Assembly (NCBI GenBank): GCA_964593065.1
Contig: CAZQGO010000001.1
Span: forward strand, 350,082-414,081
Reading direction: 5' to 3'
Source: an uncultured bacterium
Lineage (GTDB): Bacteria; Oederibacteriota; JAAXVQ01
Length of the DNA stretch: 64,000 bases
Both the position numbers and the translations under genes were made by a program. This document shows, piece after piece, positions 27,902 to 37,416 of the stretch (within the stretch, counting starts at the first letter, position 1; the number at the start of each line of letters is the position of its first letter). Below the pieces are notes generated by a model. That model had not been told where the DNA came from, did not search any database, and saw only the letters and a list, made by a program, of their open reading frames with translations.

Positions 27902-29290
27902 ATGGACGCCAATCGCATTCGGGAAATCCTGCAGCGTGCACCCGACGGGCGGGAAGTGACGGCCGCGGGCTGGGTGCGCACCAAGCGCGAAAGCAAGAAC
28001 TTCTCCTTCGTGGAACTCAACGACGGCTCCTGCCTGCGCAATCTGCAGATCGTCGTCGACCAGGCCCTGCCGGACTACGCGGCCCTGCTGCCGCGGGTGA
28101 CCACCGGCGCCAGCCTGCGCGTGACGGGACGGTTGGTGGCCTCCCCCGGGGAAGGGCAAAGCGTCGAGTTGCAGGCCCGGGAAATCATGCTGTGCGGTTC
28201 CGCCGACCCGGACCGCTATCCCTTGCAGAAGAAACGCCATTCCCTGGAATTTTTACGCGAACAGGCCTTCCTGCGGCCGCGGAGCAACACGCTCGGCGCC
28301 GTGACCCGGGTCCGCAGCGCCCTGAGCCTGGCCATCCACCGGTTTTTCCAGGAACGGGATTTTCTTTACATCCATACTCCCATCATCACCACCAGCGACT
28401 GCGAGGGCGCGGGAGAGATGTTCCAGGTCACCACCCTGCCGCTGGAGCGTCTCGCCGGCTCGGGGGCGCCGCCTGACTACCAGGAGGATTTTTTCGGAAA
28501 AAAGACCTATCTCACGGTCAGCGGGCAGCTGGCGGGAGAGGCCTATGCCTGCGCCCTGGGCAACATCTATACCTTCGGCCCGACCTTCCGCGCCGAGCAT
28601 TCGAGCACGACCCGGCACCTGGCCGAATTCTGGATGGTGGAGCCGGAAATGGCTTTTTGCGACCTGCACGGGGACATGGATGTGGCGGAAGAATTTTTAA
28701 AATATATTTTCCGGTACGTCCTGGAACATTGCGGCGAAGACCTGGCCTTTTTCAACCGCTGGATCGACCCGGCCGTGCTACCGACCTTGGAACAGGTCGT
28801 CCAGGAGCAATTTGCGCGGATTTCCTACGGCGAGGCCGTGGCCGAGCTGCAGCGGTCCGGGGCCCGGTTCGAATTCCCGGTCCGCTGGGGGGCGGACCTG
28901 CAGTCGGAACATGAAAAATACCTGACGGAACGGATCTTCCGGAAACCCGTCATGGTGACGGATTATCCCAAGGGCAACAAGGCCTTTTACATGAAAGTGA
29001 ACCCGGACGGGGAAACGGTCCGCGCCCTGGACGTGCTCGTGCCGCGTCTGGGGGAAATCATCGGCGGCAGCGAGCGCGAGGACGACCTGGACCGGCTGGA
29101 GGGACGCATCCGCGAAGCGGGGCTGAATCCCGAGGCGTACACCGGATACCTCGATTTGCGGCGCTATGGTTCCGTGCCGCACGCGGGTTTTGGGCTGGGT
29201 CTCGAGCGGACGGTCCAGTTCGTCACGGGCATGCAGAACATCCGGGACGTGATTCCTTTCCCCAGGACCTATCGGAGCGCGGAGTACTAG
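27902..29290 (+). CDS. asnS: asparagine--tRNA ligase
   Basis: Class II aaRS motifs ([44 protein letters not shown]) and an N-terminal OB anticodon-binding domain. Start ATG at 27902 after AGGAGACGA. Confidence 0.9.
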   Translation: MDANRIREILQRAPDGREVTAAGWVRTKRESKNFSFVELNDGSCLRNLQIVVDQALPDYAALLPRVTTGASLRVTGRLVASPGEGQSVELQAREIMLCGSADPDRYPLQKKRHSLEFLREQAFLRPRSNTLGAVTRVRSALSLAIHRFFQERDFLYIHTPIITTSDCEGAGEMFQVTTLPLERLAGSGAPPDYQEDFFGKKTYLTVSGQLAGEAYACALGNIYTFGPTFRAEHSSTTRHLAEFWMVEPEMAFCDLHGDMDVAEEFLKYIFRYVLEHCGEDLAFFNRWIDPAVLPTLEQVVQEQFARISYGEAVAELQRSGARFEFPVRWGADLQSEHEKYLTERIFRKPVMVTDYPKGNKAFYMKVNPDGETVRALDVLVPRLGEIIGGSEREDDLDRLEGRIREAGLNPEAYTGYLDLRRYGSVPHAGFGLGLERTVQFVTGMQNIRDVIPFPRTYRSAEY

Positions 29291-30810
29291 GACGAGGCCG
29301 GTTCGGCGAATTTTTCGAAGATTTTCCGGAAATGGAAGCCGAAGATGGAAAAGGTCACCGCCTGGGAGAACACGCTGGGGCGGCGCAGCAGGGACCAGGT
29401 CAGCAGGCGCCAGTAATGGAGGCGCTCCTGGCCCAGGATGCCCAGGTGCCAGATGGACTTGAGAAAGGCGCCCAGGGCGTTGACCTGAAAGCGGCGGCGC
29501 TGCTGGGGCGAAGGCTGGTAGGATTTCAGAAAGGCCTTCACGCGGGCATAGTAGAACTGGGGCGAATAAATTTTCGACACGATCCGTTTGTAACCGGCGA
29601 TGAGCGTGTCGTAATTCATCTTGGGGATGAAATTGATGGAACAGTCGGTATTGTCCCCGGACAGGGTTTGGATCAGCCGCTGCTCCCGGTCGAGGCGCTG
29701 GTAGAGCTTGGTGCCCTTCACGGCGTTTAAGAGGCCCACCATGGCGGTCACGATGCCGCTGCTCTGGATGAACTGGATGGTCTTGTCGAAAATCGTGACC
29801 GGGTCGTTGTCGAAGCCGATGATGAAGCCGCCCTGGACCTGCAGCCCGGCGCGCTGGCATTTTTGAATGGACGCGATCATGTCCCGCTGCGTGTTCTGCG
29901 TCTTGCTGCACTCGTTCAGGCTGTCCTCATGCGCGGACTCGATGCCGACAAAGACCGTGCTGAAGCCCGTTTTCACCATCTGGGTGAGGAGCTCATCGTC
30001 GTCCGCCAAGTTGATGGAGGCCTGGGTGAAGAAGTTGAACGGGCGGCCCTTCTGCCGCATCCAGGCGTCCATGGCCGGCAGGATGTGCCGCGTGAGCTGG
30101 ACCTTGTTGCCGATGAAGTTGTCGTCCACGAAAAACACGTCTCCCCGCCAGCCGTGGCGATGGAGATGGTCCAGTTCGGCGATGATCTGGGCCTGGTCCT
30201 TGAGACGGGGCCGGTGGCCGTACAAGGCCGTGATGTCGCAAAAGTCGCAGTTGAACGGGCAGCCCCGGGAGTACTGCAGGGTCATGACCGCGTATTTCTT
30301 CATTTTCACCAAGTCCCATTGCGGCAGGGGGGTCCGGCTGAGATCGGCTTTTTGGTCCGTGCGGTACAACGGCGCGGGGCGGCCCGCGGCCACGTCGCGG
30401 ACGAACTCCGGCAGGGTGATTTCGGCTTCGTTGAGGACCAGGTGATCCGCTTCGGGGAATTGTTCCGGGCTGGTGGTAAACAAGGGCCCGCCGGCCACGG
30501 TCTTGATGCCGAGCTGCCGGCAGCGCGCCAGCACCTCTTTGGCCGATTCGCGCTGGATGGACATGGCGCTGACAAAAACATAGTCCGCCCAGCGCAGGTC
30601 CCGGTCCCGCAGGGGTTCGACGTTGAGGTCCACCAGGCGTTTTTCCCAGGTCTGCGGCAGCAGCGCGGCCACGGTCAGGAGGCCCAGGGGCGGGGAAGGC
30701 GCCTTTCTGGAAATGAACTTCAGGGCGTATTTGAAGCTCCAGAAGGTTTCCGGTTGTTTGGGATAGACGAGTAATATTTTCACGATGTGAGCCTTTCTGG
30801 CGATACCCAT
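29287..30810 (-). CDS. B12-binding domain radical SAM protein with DUF4070-like C-terminal domain
   Basis: The N-terminal B12-binding-like segment is [10 protein letters not shown]. The radical SAM motif is [12 protein letters not shown]. About 150 aa lie C-terminal to the TIM-barrel region. Its stop overlaps the asnS stop (convergent). Confidence 0.85.
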   Translation of the reverse strand: MGIARKAHIVKILLVYPKQPETFWSFKYALKFISRKAPSPPLGLLTVAALLPQTWEKRLVDLNVEPLRDRDLRWADYVFVSAMSIQRESAKEVLARCRQLGIKTVAGGPLFTTSPEQFPEADHLVLNEAEITLPEFVRDVAAGRPAPLYRTDQKADLSRTPLPQWDLVKMKKYAVMTLQYSRGCPFNCDFCDITALYGHRPRLKDQAQIIAELDHLHRHGWRGDVFFVDDNFIGNKVQLTRHILPAMDAWMRQKGRPFNFFTQASINLADDDELLTQMVKTGFSTVFVGIESAHEDSLNECSKTQNTQRDMIASIQKCQRAGLQVQGGFIIGFDNDPVTIFDKTIQFIQSSGIVTAMVGLLNAVKGTKLYQRLDREQRLIQTLSGDNTDCSINFIPKMNYDTLIAGYKRIVSKIYSPQFYYARVKAFLKSYQPSPQQRRRFQVNALGAFLKSIWHLGILGQERLHYWRLLTWSLLRRPSVFSQAVTFSIFGFHFRKIFEKFAEPASS

Positions 30811-31116
30811 CGGGGGCCGCCGGGCCGGGCGCGACCGCTGCGCCGGGCAGGGAACCGTCCCGCGTGTCCGCTAAGGGATGGTCATTCCTTGGACCTTGAC
30901 CGGGCGTAAAAGTTCATCCGGCCGCGGCAGTCAGCCAGGCGGACAGGCGGGAAGCAACCGGAAAGCGAACACGTCAGGGAGCCACAGGAAGGGAGATCCC
31001 GCGCTTGTGTCCAGGCGGCGGCAGGGCCAAGGAAAAACCGACCGAGGCCAGTATATACTCATCCTGCGGGAACCTCCAGCTTTATTTTCCGAATTTCGGC
31101 CCCGGCGAGAAAGGGC

Positions 31117-31145
31117 TTGACAGCAGGCGCGACTCCGATTAGGAT
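31117..31145 (+). promoter_or_regulatory. sigma70-like promoter of the ilv leader (TTGACA-N17-TAGGAT)
   Basis: TTGACA at 31117-31122, a 17-nt spacer, TAGGAT at 31140-31145, about 35 nt upstream of the leader peptide ATG. Confidence 0.4.
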
Positions 31146-31179
31146 GGGTGCAACGTATCCTGACTGAAGGCTGGTCTCC

Positions 31180-31281
31180 ATGATATTGCGTGCAGGAGCG
31201 AACCTTTCCACTGCAACGGTGCGCCGGGCACTCGTGGGCGTAGGGGTAGTCGTACGCGTCCTCGACGCCAGCGCGCCATAG
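31180..31281 (+). CDS. ilvBN attenuator leader peptide (33 aa, Val/Leu/Ile-rich)
   Basis: Translation is MILRAGANLSTATVRRALVGVGVVVRVLDASAP: 7 Val, 4 Leu, 1 Ile, with a run VGVGVVVRVL. It lies between a promoter and an intrinsic terminator, directly upstream of acetolactate synthase. Confidence 0.5.
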   Translation: MILRAGANLSTATVRRALVGVGVVVRVLDASAP

Positions 31282-31318
31282 CGGGAGCCATCCGGGCATT
31301 TCACACAAGTCCATCAAC

Positions 31319-31351
31319 CCCGCTGGTGCGAATCACCGGCGGGTTTTTTTT
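31319..31351 (+). terminator. intrinsic terminator (attenuator) of the ilv leader
   Basis: CCCGCUGGUG-CGAAU-CACCGGCGGG (10-bp stem, one G-U) followed by U8, 60 nt upstream of the ilvB start. Confidence 0.6.
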
Positions 31352-31410
31352 ATCCACCCACCAGCGGTCCGGTTCGCAAGCCAGCAGGGAAAACAGAGGA
31401 GGGAAGTCCC

Positions 31411-33102
31411 ATGCTGCAAGGAACCGGAGCCCAGATCATCATCCATCTGCTTGAACGCCAGGGAGTGCGCCTGATTGCCGGCATCCCGGGCGGTTCCAAT
31501 CTCCCCCTGTATGACGCCCTGGCGCAGAGCCGTTCCATCCGCCACGTGCTGGCGCGCCACGAACAGGCCGCCGGCTTCATGGCCCAGGGCATGGCGCGCA
31601 GCACCGGCCGGCCCGGGGTGTGTTTCGCCACCTCGGGGCCAGGCGCCACCAACCTGCTGACGGCCGTGGCCGATGCCAAGCTCGATTCCGTTCCGTTGGT
31701 CTGCATCACCGGCCAGGTGCCGAGCGCACTGATCGGCACCGACGCCTTTCAGGAAGTGGATACCTACGGCATGAGCATTCCCGTGACCAAGCACAATTAC
31801 CTGGTGCGCTCGGCGCGGGATCTGCTGCGGGTGATTCCGGAGGCCTTTCGCCTCGCCGCCTCCGGCCGGCCCGGTCCTGTGCTGATCGACGTGCCCAAGG
31901 ACGTGCAGCAGCAAAGCGTGGAATTCCCGGCCTGGCCGGAACCCGGGCGGCCGGAACCGCCTCCGGAGGTCCCGGCCGGGGAATTGGGCCGTGCCGCGGA
32001 TTGGATCCGGGCTGCAGAGAGGCCCATCCTGTATCTGGGCGGGGGCGTGATCCAGTCCGGAGCGGATGCGCCGGTCTTGCGTTTGGCGGAAAAAGCCGGC
32101 CTGCCGGCGGTGACCTCCCTGATGGGCTTGGGAGCCGTGCCGGCGGAACATGACTGCAATCTCGGCCTGCTCGGCATGCATGGCGCGCCCTGCGCCAACC
32201 TGGCCCTGGAGGAATGCGACCTGCTGATCGCGGCGGGCGCCCGCTTTGACGACCGCGCCACGGGCCGGCCGGAGGCTTTTTGCCCGCGGGCCGCGATCCT
32301 CCACATCGACATCGATCCCGGCGAATTGGGCAAGATCAAGTCCCCGCGGGTCGCCATCGCGGGTGACGTGGCGCGGGTCTTCGAGGCCCTGCTGCCTCGG
32401 GTCCTCCGCAACCCGCGGCGGGAGTGGCTGGAGCGCGTGGCGCAGTTGAAAGCCCGCCACCCCCTGGCCCTGCCCGGCGGCGAGGATCCCCGCCAGCCCT
32501 ACGGACTGATCCGGCGGGCCGCCGCGGTCCTCGGGCCGGAGGCGATCATTGCCACGGACGTGGGCCAGCACCAGATGTGGACGGCCCAGGCCTATCCCTG
32601 GCCGAGGCCGCGGCAGTGGCTGACTTCCGGGGGGTTGGGGACCATGGGTTTCGGCCTGCCCGCGGCCCTGGGCGCCGCCCTGGCCCATCCCGGCCGGACC
32701 GTGGCGTGTTTCACCGGCGACGGCAGTTTGCTGATGAACATCCAGGAACTGGCCACCTTGGCCGACGAGGGCGCGAACGTGAAGATCATCCTGATGAACA
32801 ACCGGTCCTTGGGGCTGGTTCGCCAGCAGCAGGAACTGTTTTATGGCCGGCGCGTGTTCGCGGTGGATTGCAGCCAGCGCGTGGATTTTCTCAGGATTGC
32901 CAGGGGGTTTGGCCTGGGGGCGCATGACTTGGGGGACGGGATGGATCCGGGGGCGACTTTGGAACGCGCCTTGCGCAGCCGGGGCCCGTGCCTGATCCAT
33001 GCTCCGATCGACACCCGGGAAATGGTGTACCCGATGGTGCCGCCCGGCGCGGCCAACAAGGACATGCTGGGAGGTGAAACCCATGAACTGGCCCGCAGGT
33101 GA
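31411..33102 (+). CDS. ilvB: acetolactate synthase large subunit (biosynthetic, TPP-dependent)
   Basis: N-terminal TPP-enzyme pyrimidine domain (GIPGG...), central FAD-like domain and C-terminal TPP-binding motif GDGS...NN. 563 aa. RBS AGGAGGGAAG. Confidence 0.9.
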   Translation: MLQGTGAQIIIHLLERQGVRLIAGIPGGSNLPLYDALAQSRSIRHVLARHEQAAGFMAQGMARSTGRPGVCFATSGPGATNLLTAVADAKLDSVPLVCITGQVPSALIGTDAFQEVDTYGMSIPVTKHNYLVRSARDLLRVIPEAFRLAASGRPGPVLIDVPKDVQQQSVEFPAWPEPGRPEPPPEVPAGELGRAADWIRAAERPILYLGGGVIQSGADAPVLRLAEKAGLPAVTSLMGLGAVPAEHDCNLGLLGMHGAPCANLALEECDLLIAAGARFDDRATGRPEAFCPRAAILHIDIDPGELGKIKSPRVAIAGDVARVFEALLPRVLRNPRREWLERVAQLKARHPLALPGGEDPRQPYGLIRRAAAVLGPEAIIATDVGQHQMWTAQAYPWPRPRQWLTSGGLGTMGFGLPAALGAALAHPGRTVACFTGDGSLLMNIQELATLADEGANVKIILMNNRSLGLVRQQQELFYGRRVFAVDCSQRVDFLRIARGFGLGAHDLGDGMDPGATLERALRSRGPCLIHAPIDTREMVYPMVPPGAANKDMLGGETHELARR

Positions 33103-33394
33103 AGCGGAGGGCCGGCGCCGCCCCGCGGTGCTGGAATTGACGGTGCATAACCACCCCGGCGTCATGTCTCATATTTGCGGCTTGTTCGCGCGCCGGGCGT
33201 ACAACCTGGAGGGCATCCTGTGCCTGCCCCTCCCCGGCGGTGCGCGCAGCCGGATCTGGCTGCGCTTGGACGAGGATCGGCGCCTGGATCAGGTCGTCTC
33301 CCAGGTGCAAAAACTGCAGGATGTGCTGGCCGTGAAGCGCCACGGCGCCGGTCACGAGGTCTTTTCGGATTTGGAACGCTTTTTCCAGGATTGA
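33083..33394 (+). CDS. ilvN: acetolactate synthase small (regulatory, ACT domain) subunit
   Basis: ACT-like LELTVHNHPGVMSHICGLFARRAYNLEGI. Overlaps the ilvB 3' end by 20 nt. ORF track start 32999 trimmed to the ATG at 33083. Confidence 0.75.
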   Translation: MNWPAGEAEGRRRPAVLELTVHNHPGVMSHICGLFARRAYNLEGILCLPLPGGARSRIWLRLDEDRRLDQVVSQVQKLQDVLAVKRHGAGHEVFSDLERFFQD

Positions 33395-33476
33395 GACCGA
33401 GGGCGCCGGGACGTCCGGACGCAAAAAAAACGTCCGGGGACCGGAACTTTTCGGAAGCGAAGGGCATATATTAGTA

Positions 33477-34037
33477 GTGAAGGAGAGAAAAATGCCGGGC
33501 CTTGATCCTGAGGTTGCCCGCCGTTTTCAGGCCGGTGATCTCGAGGCGCTGCGACAAGTGGTGGAACAATACCAAGCCAGGATATTCCGCCTGGGCTTGC
33601 GCCTGTTGGGATCGGAGGCCGAGGCCGCCGACTTCGCCCAGGATTCGTTTCTGAAGGCGTTTGAAAAACGGAGAACCTATGATTGCCGCCGTCCCTTTGA
33701 ACCCTGGTTTTACAAGGTCTCCGTCAATGTCGGGCGCGGGCGGTTGCGGCGCAGGCGGGAATGGCCCATGAGCCACGCCTTTCCCGAACAGAGCGCCGAG
33801 GCGGGTCAGGACCGGATGCTGATCGCGGAAGAAGAAAAAAACCGGGTGCAGCGCGCCCTGCAACGAATGGCCCCCAAGTACCGCGAAGCCCTGGCGCTGC
33901 GTTTTCACGGCGGCCTGAGCCTGCGGGAGATCGCCCGCAGCCTCGGCATTCCCCAAGGCACGGTCAAATCGCGCCTGAGCCGTGGTTTGCTGATCTTTCA
34001 AAAAGTCTATGCGGGTCTGGGAGGTGAGGCCGCATGA
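33477..34037 (+). CDS. ECF-type RNA polymerase sigma-70 factor
   Basis: The sigma-70 region 2 segment is FAQDSFLKAFEK. The region 4 HTH is ALRFHGGLSLREIARSLGIPQGTVKSRLSRG. Confidence 0.85.
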   Translation: MKERKMPGLDPEVARRFQAGDLEALRQVVEQYQARIFRLGLRLLGSEAEAADFAQDSFLKAFEKRRTYDCRRPFEPWFYKVSVNVGRGRLRRRREWPMSHAFPEQSAEAGQDRMLIAEEEKNRVQRALQRMAPKYREALALRFHGGLSLREIARSLGIPQGTVKSRLSRGLLIFQKVYAGLGGEAA

Positions 34038-34501
34038 AATGTCGCAAGCCGGAATCCTGGCTGGCCCGGTATGCCCTGGGGCTGCTCTCGGACCGCCAGG
34101 CCGAGAGGGCCCGAAGTCACCTTGCCCGGTGCGGAGACTGCGCCGCCGCCCTGGCAAAATTGGAGAAGAGCGCCCGGCGGCTGCAGCGGGAATGGGAAGC
34201 GGCGCCGCCCCCCGGTCTCCCGGAACGCGTGCTTGCGAAAGCCGGCGACCTGCGGCCGCCCGCAAGCCCCGTGCTCCGCTGGCTGCCGGCCGCGGCCGCG
34301 GCCGCCGTGCTCGCGGCGGTTCTGGCCTGGCCGCTGCTGTTCCGCAATTCTCCCCACATGACGACGCAGGAGGTGGTGAATTCCTACAGCGAAGACATGG
34401 AAAGCCTGGGCCTGGTCGGCAACGAGGCCAACCGCAGCCCGGAGTTGTTCGACTACGGGATCTTCGGCATCCCGGAAGAAGTTTCGCGCTTCATGATTTA
34501 A
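34034..34501 (+). CDS. anti-sigma factor (zinc-binding ZAS-like, single TM)
   Basis: HLARCGDCAAAL (HxxxCxxC) in the N-terminal cytoplasmic domain, then a hydrophobic TM (LPAAAAAAVLAAVLAWPLLF). ATGA overlap with the sigma factor gene. Confidence 0.6.
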   Translation: MKCRKPESWLARYALGLLSDRQAERARSHLARCGDCAAALAKLEKSARRLQREWEAAPPPGLPERVLAKAGDLRPPASPVLRWLPAAAAAAVLAAVLAWPLLFRNSPHMTTQEVVNSYSEDMESLGLVGNEANRSPELFDYGIFGIPEEVSRFMI

Positions 34502-34521
34502 TCCCAAGAGAGGTGAATTCC

Positions 34522-35025
34522 ATGCAGAGAGAAGCTAAGCTCATCCTGAGTTTTTTCCTGGGCGTTTTTCTGGTCCTGGCGGCCGGCTGGGCGCAGGCGG
34601 ATCCACCCGGAGGGCACGGTCCCGAAGGCGAGGCGGCCGAAGCAGGCCCGGAAATGATGCCCGGCGGCGGGCCGGGATTCATTTCGCAGCTTTCCCTCAC
34701 GCCCGAACAAGTTGACCAGCTCAAGCAGGACAAGCTCGACAAGCGCAAGAAGATGATCCAGTTACGGGCGAAACTGGAGGAGCTGCAGCTCGATCTGGCC
34801 ACGGAGGTCGAGAAGGACCGCCCGGAATCAAAGAAGATTGAAACCATCGCCAGGCAGATGGGCGAGGTTCAAAGCAAGATGATCCTGGCCCGCACCCAGT
34901 CGGTCCTGTTCTTGAAAAGTATTCTTACCCCGGAGCAGAAGCAAAAGTGGGATGAACTGCAACTGCATCAAGGCGGGGCTTTCCGCGGCGAAGGCGGGCG
35001 GGGATGGAAAAAAATGCACAGGTAG
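34522..35025 (+). CDS. periplasmic LTXXQ-motif protein (CpxP/Spy/ZraP family)
   Basis: Signal peptide. Two LTXXQ motifs (LSLTPEQVDQL and ILTPEQKQKW) in a helical, charged protein. RBS GAGAGGTGA is upstream of the ATG at 34522. Confidence 0.7.
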   Translation: MQREAKLILSFFLGVFLVLAAGWAQADPPGGHGPEGEAAEAGPEMMPGGGPGFISQLSLTPEQVDQLKQDKLDKRKKMIQLRAKLEELQLDLATEVEKDRPESKKIETIARQMGEVQSKMILARTQSVLFLKSILTPEQKQKWDELQLHQGGAFRGEGGRGWKKMHR

Positions 35026-35055
35026 TCCGTTCTGTCCAACACGGAGAAGAATGCA

Positions 35056-35092
35056 CAACACCCCCGGCGCGCAGACTCGGGGGTGTTGTTTT
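35056..35092 (+). terminator. rho-independent terminator after the LTXXQ gene
   Basis: CAACACCCCCG-loop-CGGGGGUGUUG followed by UUUU. Confidence 0.6.
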
Positions 35093-35172
35093 CCAAAGCG
35101 GTGCATCCGCTTCTCCGGGACCAAGACCCGGGAACTCGTGGCCGGCACCGGGGGAGATCCGCAAACGGGCAT

Positions 35173-35203
35173 AAAAAAAACGGCCCGGAATCAATCCGGG
35201 CCG
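35173..35203 (-). terminator. rho-independent terminator (minus strand) after the small gene 35230..35406
   Basis: Minus strand: CGGCCCGGA-UUGAU-UCCGGGCCG followed by U8. Confidence 0.6.
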
Positions 35204-35229
35204 TTCCGGATGTGAAATCATCCCGGGGT

Positions 35230-35406
35230 TTAGTTCGACCCCGCCTGGGCCTTCTCTTGTTCGTCGGCCGCCTGCAGAATCATCTTCACGAAGCCCATGT
35301 ACTTGTAAGCCTGCGCCCGCGCCTCGTCGTCGCTCATCTCTTTGCCCGTTTTTTCCCGCACGATGGTCTTGAATTTCTGGACCTGCGCTTCGGTCAATAC
35401 GCCCAT
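35230..35406 (-). CDS. small hypothetical protein (58 aa)
   Basis: MGVLTEAQVQKFKTIVREKTGKEMSDDEARAQAYKYMGFVKMILQAADEQEKAQAGSN. A G-rich RBS (GGGGGGAG) sits before the ATG at 35406. A promoter and a terminator flank it. The ORF track version 35230..35904 is over-extended. Confidence 0.4.
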   Translation of the reverse strand: MGVLTEAQVQKFKTIVREKTGKEMSDDEARAQAYKYMGFVKMILQAADEQEKAQAGSN

Positions 35407-35449
35407 TATGCTCCCCCCCGGATAGAATGAACGCTTACTACTGGAAAAC

Positions 35450-35477
35450 ATTTTACGCGCTTTTGGCCTGCATGCAA
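35450..35477 (-). promoter_or_regulatory. sigma70-like promoter (TTGCAT-N16-TAAAAT) for the small gene, minus strand
   Basis: Minus strand: TTGCAT (35477-35472), a 16-nt spacer, TAAAAT (35455-35450), about 45 nt upstream of the ATG at 35406. Confidence 0.3.
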
Positions 35478-35907
35478 ACCGAAAAGCTCTTGCGGATAAA
35501 AAATATTTATGGTTCCGTGACAAAAATATCCGCGGCAGGGCGGAACCGCCGGGGCGAGGAACGGACCCGCGGCTTCGTTCCCGAGGCGGCGCGAAGCGGA
35601 TTGCAGGTGGAAGTTTCCCGGTTTCCGGGCTGCGAGGCGGGGCGAATGATGAAAATTCTTGTTTTTTTTCGGTTCGGGCGGAGGTACAATACTGCCACCT
35701 TGTCCCCGTTTCCCGCCGCCGGCCTGAGAAAACATTCGGCCCCCGGCATCGGAACGGAAGCCGCGGAAAATGCGCCGATCGGACGGGAACGTGCGGAGTT
35801 CGAGTCCAGGCAATGTCGCGAAGGGATGCGAAGTGAACTCTTCCCGCGTGGAAAATCCTGCGAGGACCATACCCGGCGGTTCTTGGCGCCAGGGGAGCCA
35901 TCACGGC

Positions 35908-36321
35908 GTGTCACCCTTCGAAACCCTTAAAGTCCAACACGGCGAAATTCTGGAAATGATCTCCGAGGTTTTGGCCCAATTACCGGCGGACCGGCTCCCG
36001 ACCTACATCGCGAACATCCGCAGCAGCCTGGCCATTTTGGCCGGAAAAGTCAGCGTCCACTTGGCCGTGGAAGACAAGGTCCTATACCCGCACCTGCTGC
36101 AGAGCGCCAATCACGAGATCAAAAACCTGGCCCGGTCCTTCGTGGCGGAGATGGGCGGCATCGCCCAGCAGTTTGCCGAGTACCGGCGCAAGTGGGCCGA
36201 CCTGCCCGACATCCACGCCCAAGCCGAGGATTTTATCCAGGAGACCCGGACCCTGATGACCGCCCTGGCCTGGCGCATCGAGCGCGAGGATGAAAGGCTT
36301 TATCCGCTCCTGGAAAAGTAG
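35908..36321 (+). CDS. hemerythrin-like (HHE cation-binding) domain protein
   Basis: His/Glu residues are spaced as in hemerythrin-like domains (HGEILEMI..., H...LYPHL, ERLYPLL). A probable GTG start at 35908 is preceded by GGGGAG. The region upstream to 35770 looks non-coding. Confidence 0.55.
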   Translation: MSPFETLKVQHGEILEMISEVLAQLPADRLPTYIANIRSSLAILAGKVSVHLAVEDKVLYPHLLQSANHEIKNLARSFVAEMGGIAQQFAEYRRKWADLPDIHAQAEDFIQETRTLMTALAWRIEREDERLYPLLEK

Positions 36322-36335
36322 GCAGGCTTGATCTG

Positions 36336-36602
36336 TTAGCGTTCCTGCAGCCATTGCACGACGGCGATTGCGGCCAGCGTGACGATGACCAGCAGGTTGG
36401 CCCCGATGATGATGGCATCCCGCCGGTGGAACCCGTAAGCCGTCCAAAGGGAAGCTCCGAGCACAAAGATGAAGAGCGTGGAAAAGGCCAGCCGTGCTTG
36501 GCCCGGCCTGCGCAGGCGCAGGAGCAGCTGCGGAATGAAAGAGGTGGAGGTCAAGGCCGCGGCTGCGACTCCGACCAGAGTCCAGAGGGTATCGGGAGGC
36601 AT
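36336..36602 (-). CDS. SemiSWEET / PQ-loop family small membrane transporter
   Basis: 88 aa with three TM helices and a PQ motif in TM1 (FIPQLLLRL). Confidence 0.55.
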   Translation of the reverse strand: MPPDTLWTLVGVAAAALTSTSFIPQLLLRLRRPGQARLAFSTLFIFVLGASLWTAYGFHRRDAIIIGANLLVIVTLAAIAVVQWLQER

Positions 36603-36635
36603 GGTTCTTTTTCGCCAGACCCCCTTTTCCCCGGC

Positions 36636-37076
36636 TCAGCTGGGCTGGCGCTCCCACTTGATCCAGGTGATGAGGGTGCCTTGATCGAGGACGGAAACGA
36701 TATGAAATTCGTCGGCCAGTTTTTTACTGCCGCTTAAACCGACGCCCATGCCTTTTTGATACTGGTGCACGGGCCTTTCCTTCATCGCTTCATCGATGTC
36801 CCGGATGCCGGGGCCGTTGTCCTGGAAGACGAGCTTCAGGCCCCTTTTCCCGCTGGGGGAATTCGCGAGGCTGACCTGCAGCTTCCCCGAGCCCGCGTAG
36901 TTATGGATGTTCCGGGCCAGCTCGGAGACCGCGGTCAGCACGTGCATGCGCTCCAGCGGGGAAAAATTCAGATGCTCGGCGATGAAATTCCTGACCTCCC
37001 CGCGGGCGCTGATGACGTGTTCTTCCGTGGAAATGGGGATTTCGATTTCCGTATTTTTATCAGGCATCGCTTTCAA
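36636..37076 (-). CDS. RsbT/RsbW-like anti-sigma regulatory serine kinase (HATPase_c)
   Basis: N box ELARNIHNYA, G1 DNGPGI, G2 GMGVGL. Confidence 0.8.
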   Translation of the reverse strand: MKAMPDKNTEIEIPISTEEHVISARGEVRNFIAEHLNFSPLERMHVLTAVSELARNIHNYAGSGKLQVSLANSPSGKRGLKLVFQDNGPGIRDIDEAMKERPVHQYQKGMGVGLSGSKKLADEFHIVSVLDQGTLITWIKWERQPS

Positions 37077-37416
37077 CCAACGCTATAGCTTCTTCCACGT
37101 TCAAGGCCGTCCTCACCCCGCGCCAGGACAAGCCCATCTGGGTCAGGGTTAAAGCCACTTCCGGGGTGACGCCGACCACGACGGTGTTGCAATTCAAACA
37201 TTTCGCCGCGCGGCCGATGTTGATGAGAATCCTGGCCAGGTAGGAGTCGATGACTTCCACCAGTGAGACGTCGATCACCAGGCCCCGGACCCCCGTTTCC
37301 TCGATCTTTTTCAAGACCTTGATGTGCAGATCTTCGGCCATCTCGTCGGTCAGTTCGATCTCGATGGGCACCAGCAGCACCTGGCCGATTTTCAATAAGG
37401 GTACGGGGATTTTCAT
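37060..37416 (-). CDS. STAS-domain protein (RsbS-like anti-sigma factor antagonist)
   Basis: 118-aa STAS fold with a conserved phosphorylatable region DVSLVEVIDSYLARIL. Confidence 0.8.
   Translation of the reverse strand: MKIPVPLLKIGQVLLVPIEIELTDEMAEDLHIKVLKKIEETGVRGLVIDVSLVEVIDSYLARILINIGRAAKCLNCNTVVVGVTPEVALTLTQMGLSWRGVRTALNVEEAIALVESDA

Noticed and set aside
35427-35930. 167-aa ORF (+) between the small gene and the hemerythrin-like gene
   Set aside because: No motifs. It contains the promoter and RBS signals of neighbouring genes. The composition differs from genuine CDSs in the window.
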